Source: Candidatus Heimdallarchaeota archaeon (GTDB taxonomy: Archaea > Asgardarchaeota > Heimdallarchaeia > Heimdallarchaeales > Heimdallarchaeaceae). From it: a stretch of DNA of 22,414 bases. The stretch spans positions 1-22,414 of the forward strand of contig DAOVER010000046.1 of assembly GCA_030668875.1 (NCBI GenBank), in the 5' to 3' direction. The position numbers were made by a program, and so were the translations under genes. Below, piece by piece: positions 16,724-22,414 of this stretch. The notes under the pieces are model-generated. The model was not told the origin of the DNA and searched no databases. It saw only the letters and a program-made list of their open reading frames with translations. Numbering within the stretch: position 1 is the stretch's first letter; each line of letters starts with the position of its first letter.

Positions 16724-18001
16724 TTATACCTCCTTTCCTTCTTCTTGTAATTGCGATGTAGGGGTGAAGACTTCATCAACAATTTCAGCACCCATCTCAA
16801 TCATTTGTTTAGCTTGTTTCTCATCTTCTATCCCTAAAGAACGAATATATTTTTCGAAATCTTTTACAGGGTCCTCTATTAGGTATTCATAAATCTTTAC
16901 ACCTTTCTGCTGGCTTATAGGTGCCCTTTTTACTAATTCTCCATCATCCCATCTGAATTCTAGAATGTTATAAGTATCATCAAACACTTCTTTCTGAATA
17001 TCTGTAAGAATGTCTTCCATTGTCCACCAGTTAGAGAGTAAGATAGTCCCTTCTATTTTTACTTTAACACGTGAAGCAGTTTCTCCAACGAATTTCTTCT
17101 TGAATTTATCAAGTTTTTCTCTAATTGTATTTTCAAATTCTGTAGGTTTTGAATCTGATTTTAAAGTAATTTGAAGTTGTATCATTTTTCTTTTAGATCC
17201 AACAGTTTTGGGCAGAATAATAGGGTCTTGACCTTTAGTTAGTTGAACTTCCAAAACACTCTTCTCTTGATCTCGTTCTGCAAAAGTGTACTTTTCTGTA
17301 CTCCCTGCTTGCCATACATTTTTCTTAACTTTTCTCTGTTTATGATCATGACCCAAAGCGACATAATCATATGGATACTGAAGAATTAATTCATGAAGAT
17401 CCATGCCTCTTTGCATCCCATGAGCTACAGCTACAGAAAGTTTGCTAGTATCTGGTTGCTGGTTGTTTCTCATCCAATCCTCGTAAGTTTGAGCCAGATA
17501 AGGGAGACGACCAAATTTAAAATAAGGGAACAAGTAGAAGTTGATTTCTTCAAATTCAACAACTAAAGGTTTCTTATCGACCATAGCACTCTTTAATTGA
17601 TAATTTGTGCAAATGGATACACTATTTGGGAATGCTGCTTGAATAAATTCAATGGTACTATAATTACGAGTAAGATAAGAACCATGATTTCCATCGATTA
17701 TTATTACTGGAACTTCACTATCTGTTTTTTCAAAAAATTTCTTAAGTTCTCTTATTACAAAAGTTCTAGAATATTCTGTTGGGCCAGATAGATTTCTTCC
17801 TACAGGGATATCAAAAAGATCTCCTGAATGCACAACATAATCACATTTGATTTCTGCAGCGATTTCTAAAGCTTTCTGGAAACCAATACAATAATCCTCT
17901 TCTAACCACGATACCCTATTCTGAATTTTCCATGAATCCCTTACATCACGAAATCTTCTATGAGATACATGAGTGTCAGAAAAATGTAAGATTTTAACCA
18001 T
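16724..18001 (-). CDS. mre11: DNA double-strand break repair nuclease Mre11 (SbcD-like metallophosphoesterase)
   Basis: GGTGA SD. Phosphoesterase motifs HFSDTH, SGDLFD, DGNHG, VAHG, ALGHDH and AGSTE; 2 nt upstream of rad50. Confidence 0.95.
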   Translation of the reverse strand: MVKILHFSDTHVSHRRFRDVRDSWKIQNRVSWLEEDYCIGFQKALEIAAEIKCDYVVHSGDLFDIPVGRNLSGPTEYSRTFVIRELKKFFEKTDSEVPVIIIDGNHGSYLTRNYSTIEFIQAAFPNSVSICTNYQLKSAMVDKKPLVVEFEEINFYLFPYFKFGRLPYLAQTYEDWMRNNQQPDTSKLSVAVAHGMQRGMDLHELILQYPYDYVALGHDHKQRKVKKNVWQAGSTEKYTFAERDQEKSVLEVQLTKGQDPIILPKTVGSKRKMIQLQITLKSDSKPTEFENTIREKLDKFKKKFVGETASRVKVKIEGTILLSNWWTMEDILTDIQKEVFDDTYNILEFRWDDGELVKRAPISQQKGVKIYEYLIEDPVKDFEKYIRSLGIEDEKQAKQMIEMGAEIVDEVFTPTSQLQEEGKEV

Positions 18002-18012
18002 TTTTTCACCAT

Positions 18013-19827
18013 TTAAAGTATAGGAACTTCAACTGTTTCTCTTTTAGTTTTCTCGACTTTTAATACTTTGTGAGGGTCTTTGAAGAAAGGAAGCTGACTT
18101 TCAATATAAAGTGGAACATTACTTACCTTTACTGGTAAAGGTATATTCTTGAGAGAGTTAGTAAGAATTGCTTCTCCTCTGCTTAAAACCTTAAACTCAT
18201 TTTCATATCCTGATATATTATTGCTTGCATTAATTATTGCTTGACGAATCTCAATCTCATTACCCAGCATCATGTTGAGTTCAGTATTTGTATTTGCTAA
18301 TATGAGAGGTTCCATTGAAGATATATTCTGTGTTATAAGAAGCAAACCAATGCCAAATTTCCTTCCTTGGCGAGAAATATCAATGAATATATTCCCTTCT
18401 TTTGACATCTGAGAACCTAAAATGCTTGGAGCTTCTTCAACAGTTATCATGACAGTTGGTAGCTCCCTAATATTCTTCAATTTATAATCTGAACCATCTT
18501 TAGCTAAAGTGTAAAGGTTCTGAATTGAATAAGTAGAATTAGCTGATTCACCTAATAGTTCAGAAGCAATATCATGCGGTAGTCGCGATTTCAATTGTTC
18601 TTTGAATTGAGACCACTTTGTAGAAGACATGAGAGCTTGTCTTAAAGAGAACAAAGTTCGGGCAACCATCGTAATAACAACAAACTGCTCTGTTGAAGAT
18701 AGCAGTGCAGTGTTAAAATTGTAAAAATGACCAGATTCTAGGTTGTAAACAATCTCTGCTAAATCACTCAACTTATCATCTTTGAAAATCTGAGAATTGA
18801 TGATGGGATATAATCTTCTTTTAACTGCACTAACAGTTCCCTTTGCAAAACCTCTTGTATCATCTTCAGCTGCAGTTTCAATCTTAGTAATCCAATTTTG
18901 ATCAGATGCTCTAACTATGTTCATATATCCAGACATCTGATCGGAAACATACATTACTGAAGTAACATCACTTACGGTAAGATCGGATCTTCTGAATCTT
19001 ATTGGCTTGCTAAATCGTTGCATTTCAATATTGACTGACTCTAAATCTCGTGTCAGATAGAATTTATCACCAAAAATAGAATTGTATTGCTCATTACCTC
19101 CTTTACGGACAGCATCAGCTATATCCATAATACCTTTCTTCTTTTCCTGGAATTGTAAACCGTTCATATATTCATCATGAACATCTACCATGAACACAGA
19201 AACATTCTTGTTGAGATCCTTTTTTAGAACCCAATTCTTCAGATTATTCCTAAGTGCAGATGTAATAAAAGTTAACATGAAAAAAGATTTTCCAGCTCCA
19301 GTGGTTCCAGCGACTTGAACATGCATCGGTAAAGAATCAATGTTAATACTAATGGGAATGTCAAGTGTTGAAGTCCCGATTAATAATTGTCCTATTTCGA
19401 TATCAGTCCCTAGCTCTCCTTCAAGTAATTTAGATAAAACTTTTGGGCTATCTGAGCCTCTATATACTTCTGAAAAGTGAGGAGGAAGAGTTCTGGGTTT
19501 CTTGAATACCCATTTCTTTTTGTCAACATCATACTCACTATAACCCATTAATAAACCATGAACTTTCACAAGTTTCTCGGATTCGACACGAGCTATGTAA
19601 GCTTCCCTGTTTCTCAAGAAATTGGCTGCTATTGAGCCCAAATCGTGGATATTTCTTAACATGTTCTCATAATTCATAACTCTAAACAAGAACATTTTAT
19701 CAATTGTTTGAGGTTTGATAATTAATATTTCACCAATTTGAAAGCGTATATCTGAACATACAATTCTGAGTGTTGATATATCACCTTCAGCTAGAATTCC
19801 TATAGGTTCTGCTAATTTTAATTTCAT
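18013..19827 (-). CDS. herA: HerA-family bipolar DNA helicase/translocase
   Basis: N-terminal HAS-barrel-like region, Walker A AGTTGAGKS, DVHDEY, Walker B VEEAP, arginine finger GRKFG, ITQ sensor; lies between nurA and mre11. Confidence 0.93.
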   Translation of the reverse strand: MKLKLAEPIGILAEGDISTLRIVCSDIRFQIGEILIIKPQTIDKMFLFRVMNYENMLRNIHDLGSIAANFLRNREAYIARVESEKLVKVHGLLMGYSEYDVDKKKWVFKKPRTLPPHFSEVYRGSDSPKVLSKLLEGELGTDIEIGQLLIGTSTLDIPISINIDSLPMHVQVAGTTGAGKSFFMLTFITSALRNNLKNWVLKKDLNKNVSVFMVDVHDEYMNGLQFQEKKKGIMDIADAVRKGGNEQYNSIFGDKFYLTRDLESVNIEMQRFSKPIRFRRSDLTVSDVTSVMYVSDQMSGYMNIVRASDQNWITKIETAAEDDTRGFAKGTVSAVKRRLYPIINSQIFKDDKLSDLAEIVYNLESGHFYNFNTALLSSTEQFVVITMVARTLFSLRQALMSSTKWSQFKEQLKSRLPHDIASELLGESANSTYSIQNLYTLAKDGSDYKLKNIRELPTVMITVEEAPSILGSQMSKEGNIFIDISRQGRKFGIGLLLITQNISSMEPLILANTNTELNMMLGNEIEIRQAIINASNNISGYENEFKVLSRGEAILTNSLKNIPLPVKVSNVPLYIESQLPFFKDPHKVLKVEKTKRETVEVPIL

Positions 19828-19839
19828 TTTTATACCTTC

Positions 19840-21162
19840 TTACCTTAATCCTAATCTCTTTCTTGGATGTATGAACATCTTTGGATTTTCTCCATTCTCT
19901 GCAAAGTAATCAATAAGTTGATCTGCAACAACATCTCGATCAGAGAATTTGACGATTGTTGTATGATGAGCAAAGGCTAAACCAAAGAAATAGCCTATAT
20001 ATCTAACATCTCTTGCTATCCAATCTATTTCTTTAAACATTTGTATTTCGTTTTCCTTCTCCTTTTTCTTATCCTTATCGAATATTTTCTCTCTCCACCA
20101 TTTCTCATCTAAATCTATACGTAGAATTGGTACCTCTGAAGAAAAGTGAAATAGATAAGTTACTCCATAAGAAGGGGGAATATGGGGTCTATCTTTTAAG
20201 ATATTGAGAACAATATTATCTCGTGCAGGAGAGGGAACTCGGAAAAACCATTTCTTTTCACTTCCTAGTTTCTTTTCCAAATCATCTGCTAAACGATATA
20301 TGAAAGGAAATGTTGTAGTTTTACTTACTGCAATGACACAGGTGTCTTTGGCTTTTGCTTTCTCATTGATATCTTTGAGAAGATAGTTGGAAGCTAAACG
20401 AGGTATATTTTGACCTGGAGATAGAAGCATATTCATTGATCCATCTAAAAAGAGATACTTGAAATGAACATCAGAATTAATCAAAGAATGTGCTAAAGCG
20501 TACTCAAGTACTTCTCTAAATTGTTCAAACCAACCTCTAGGAGAGTTTGGTCTAGGAGACACCATCCAAGTGGAGTAATCTGGAAATGCTCCTTTGTACA
20601 ATTTAAATTTAAGTTGGTTAGCTACCATTCTTATTGTACCCTCTGAATTCATTTTTGGAACTGTTTTATTTGGATGCTGTTTTTTGAATTCATCAGTTAC
20701 GATGTTTTTTATGATTCGGAAAACAATGTCCTTTAACTCTTCACCATAATTATATTCGATAAAACCTTCAAATTCCTTCCAAACCTCCTCTCCCTTATCT
20801 TCACGTAACAAAATAAGACGAAGGACACCTTCAGGATGTGAACAAATTGGAGGAGTAAGATCAATTTGCTTTGTAGTTCCTTGATTGAAACTTGTTTTGT
20901 CAGCTGCAAAAGCTGCAGTTAGAAGATGTATACCTATGTCATTTAGGGAAATTAAACCATCTGCACCAGAACCATCTATCGCTGCAACATTGAAATCTTT
21001 GTACTCACAAACAGTTTCATACGGATCAAAAATAACTAATTTCTTAAGAAGAAACTCTAAATCTGCTTTATAAGCTTCATCGTCCATTAATTCAATCGCC
21101 TTAAATTTCTTATAGATTTTAGCGAATTCATTTTCTAGTGTTTTATCAAAAAAAACTTGCAT
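19840..21162 (-). CDS. nurA: NurA-family 5'-3' nuclease
   Basis: AGGAGG SD. NurA-type motifs AAIDGS, FLDGS, AVSKT and FAHH; first gene of the nurA-herA-mre11-rad50 run (gaps 12, 11 and 2 nt). Confidence 0.9.
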   Translation of the reverse strand: MQVFFDKTLENEFAKIYKKFKAIELMDDEAYKADLEFLLKKLVIFDPYETVCEYKDFNVAAIDGSGADGLISLNDIGIHLLTAAFAADKTSFNQGTTKQIDLTPPICSHPEGVLRLILLREDKGEEVWKEFEGFIEYNYGEELKDIVFRIIKNIVTDEFKKQHPNKTVPKMNSEGTIRMVANQLKFKLYKGAFPDYSTWMVSPRPNSPRGWFEQFREVLEYALAHSLINSDVHFKYLFLDGSMNMLLSPGQNIPRLASNYLLKDINEKAKAKDTCVIAVSKTTTFPFIYRLADDLEKKLGSEKKWFFRVPSPARDNIVLNILKDRPHIPPSYGVTYLFHFSSEVPILRIDLDEKWWREKIFDKDKKKEKENEIQMFKEIDWIARDVRYIGYFFGLAFAHHTTIVKFSDRDVVADQLIDYFAENGENPKMFIHPRKRLGLR

Positions 21163-21170
21163 TAATTAAC

Positions 21171-21188
21171 TCCTCCTTTCAAAGAGGA
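21171..21188 (-). promoter_or_regulatory. Hairpin overlapping the nurA Shine-Dalgarno sequence
   Basis: mRNA sense UCCUCUU-UGAA-AGGAGGA forms a 7-bp stem (one G-U pair) with a 4-nt loop; the 3' arm is the SD, 8 nt before the ATG. Confidence 0.45.
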
Positions 21189-21270
21189 TTTCTCTATATT
21201 AAAATATTTTTGGGGAGCAGTATAAAAGTATTAAAAGTGATATCTATTCTTTTCAGTTAATAATCAATAG

Positions 21271-22274
21271 TGTTAACTAAACCCACCTTGGTAACAGTTT
21301 AAAAGAATGGGTTACGGAGGGTATGTGATTAACAATGAAACCCCAACGTAACCTAGTAAAACTTAGAAAAATTGTAGTTAAAAAGGCTTTGAATGGCGAA
21401 AACATTACCCATCTAGCTAGAGCGTTTATGGTCAGCAGGAAGTTCATCTATAAGTGGATGAAAAGACATAACGAGGACCCTGAAGGGGAATGGTACAAGG
21501 AAAGATCCTCGCGACCGAAGAATAGTAGGAGGAAAGTGACAGAAGAGAAGAAAGAGCGTATCCTTGCCCTCAGGAGAGCATATGGCTTCAATATAGTGAA
21601 AATAGCCTATATCCTAACACTCGAAGGGATAAACCTTTCTCACACGACTGTCTGGAAGACGCTCCAACAAGAAGGGGAGGAGAAGTGGAGAACGACAAAA
21701 AAAGCTTACAAGAGGGTGAAAAGGTTCGAACGAGAAGAACCTAACGATCTCTGGCAGATAGATATCAAGGGACCCTTCTGGGTAGAAGAACAGGGACAGC
21801 ATCTTCACCTTGTGAGTGTTATTGATGACCACTCACGGTTCTGTGTAGCAGCAAAATTCTTCCCCCGTCCTGTTAAGACCTGGGACATCCTCCAGCTCTT
21901 GGACCAAGCCATGCAGACCTATGGCACTCCCCGTCAGATCTTAACAGATAATGGTGCCATCTTCCACCCACAAAGAGGAGGGACAAGTTCCTTCACCCGA
22001 TGGTGTCAGACGAATATTATCGACCATATCCGAGCAAGAATTTACCATCCCGAAACTTGTGGTAAAGTCGAGCGTCTCCATGGTACAATCATCAGGGAGA
22101 TGAAGAGGTTAGGCTTAGCTTACTGTAACGCTGACCTCCGTCGTTATCGTGACTATTACAACTTCTCCCGCCCTCATCAAGGAATAAACCTTCAAACACC
22201 TGGTGAAAGATTTATGAATGTGCCCTTGACTCTCCATATGCCCTCAAGTGTAACCCATGTCTGTTGAGTTAACA
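21271..22274 (+). mobile_element. IS481-family insertion sequence, 1004 bp
   Basis: TGT...ACA ends. 26-bp imperfect terminal inverted repeats with 20/26 identity: left TGTTAACTAAACCCACCTTGGTAACA, right (reverse complement) TGTTAACTCAACAGACATGGGTTACA. Single DDE transposase; visibly GC-richer than the flanks. Confidence 0.92.
21335..22267 (+). CDS. IS481-family DDE transposase (HTH + integrase core)
   Basis: N-terminal HTH (ITHLARAFMVSRKFIYKWMKR). Catalytic WQIDIKG, IDDHSR, LTDNG and GKVERLHGT; C-terminal YYNFSRPHQGI. The stop codon lies inside the right inverted repeat. Confidence 0.96.
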   Translation: MKPQRNLVKLRKIVVKKALNGENITHLARAFMVSRKFIYKWMKRHNEDPEGEWYKERSSRPKNSRRKVTEEKKERILALRRAYGFNIVKIAYILTLEGINLSHTTVWKTLQQEGEEKWRTTKKAYKRVKRFEREEPNDLWQIDIKGPFWVEEQGQHLHLVSVIDDHSRFCVAAKFFPRPVKTWDILQLLDQAMQTYGTPRQILTDNGAIFHPQRGGTSSFTRWCQTNIIDHIRARIYHPETCGKVERLHGTIIREMKRLGLAYCNADLRRYRDYYNFSRPHQGINLQTPGERFMNVPLTLHMPSSVTHVC

Positions 22275-22354
22275 CTTCAGTAATATTCTGCAAAAACTAT
22301 AAATATTATTGATTTACTGATGAGGATAATATCTACTAAATTGAGGAAAGAAAT

Positions 22355-22414
22355 ATGTATGGAAATTCAACGAAACAAACAAGTCAAATACCAACTTTAA
22401 TGAAAATTTCTGGT
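22355..22414 (+). CDS. Possible 5' end of a gene running off the window (MYGNSTKQTSQIPTLMKISG...)
   Basis: ATG with GAGG about 8 nt upstream and 20 open codons to the window edge; too short to verify. Confidence 0.25.
   Translation, partial: MYGNSTKQTSQIPTLMKISG

Noticed and set aside
18013-21162. HerA-NurA as an anti-phage defence system (Sir2-HerA or similar)
   Set aside because: There is no Sir2 or other defence effector, and the tight linkage to mre11-rad50 fits housekeeping end resection.
21201-21210. Perfect palindrome AAAATATTTT upstream of nurA (also GCATATGC upstream of the SBP gene)
   Set aside because: Short palindromes like these are expected by chance, especially in AT-rich DNA, and no shared operator motif was found.
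21316-21337. GGAGG followed by an in-frame ATG-TGA mini-ORF upstream of the transposase start
   Set aside because: GTGAT just before the ATG at 21335 is an adequate archaeal SD, and nothing supports readthrough or a regulatory role.
142-21832. Short (60-127 aa) ORF-track entries overlapping the main genes, such as 147-530, 2032-2274, 9321-9632, 12277-12561, 16385-16681 and 21614-21832
   Set aside because: They are antisense or alternative-frame shadows of well-supported genes, with no recognisable motifs.
22317-22353. CTGATGAG...GAAA resembling a hammerhead ribozyme core or a box C motif
   Set aside because: The small stem after CUGAUGA (ggat/atct) is not followed directly by GAAA, and I found no stems I/III or matching box D arrangement.

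Overview
AT-rich, densely coding prokaryotic window with archaeal signatures: GGTGA/GGAGG Shine-Dalgarno motifs, BRE/TATA-like promoters, a NurA-HerA-Mre11-Rad50 operon and a TM-anchored, sequon-rich solute-binding protein. An Asgard (Heimdallarchaeia-like) origin is my inference from protein style and is not proven. Left to right: (1) a 5'-truncated double-length UvrA with two complete UvrA units in one frame; (2) a 907-bp cassette carrying a COG1237-type metallo-beta-lactamase-fold gene, bracketed by a duplicated uvrA 3' end; (3) an apparently circularly permuted family-5 solute-binding protein; (4) an ABC-2 exporter pair; (5) a divergent nitroreductase / Mer-like LLM oxidoreductase pair; (6) a minus-strand run of nurA-herA-mre11-rad50 (short Rad50), an unknown helical protein ending in two tandem amphipathic-helix repeats, and a HAD-IIA phosphatase; (7) an intact-looking IS481-family element just upstream of nurA. 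No rRNA, tRNA or CRISPR array was seen. The strongest novelty candidates are the unknown protein behind rad50 (possible membrane tether for the end-resection machinery), the integrase-free cassette at the uvrA 3' end, the four-ABC-module UvrA and the permuted SBP. All family assignments come from motif recognition by eye; no database searches were run.
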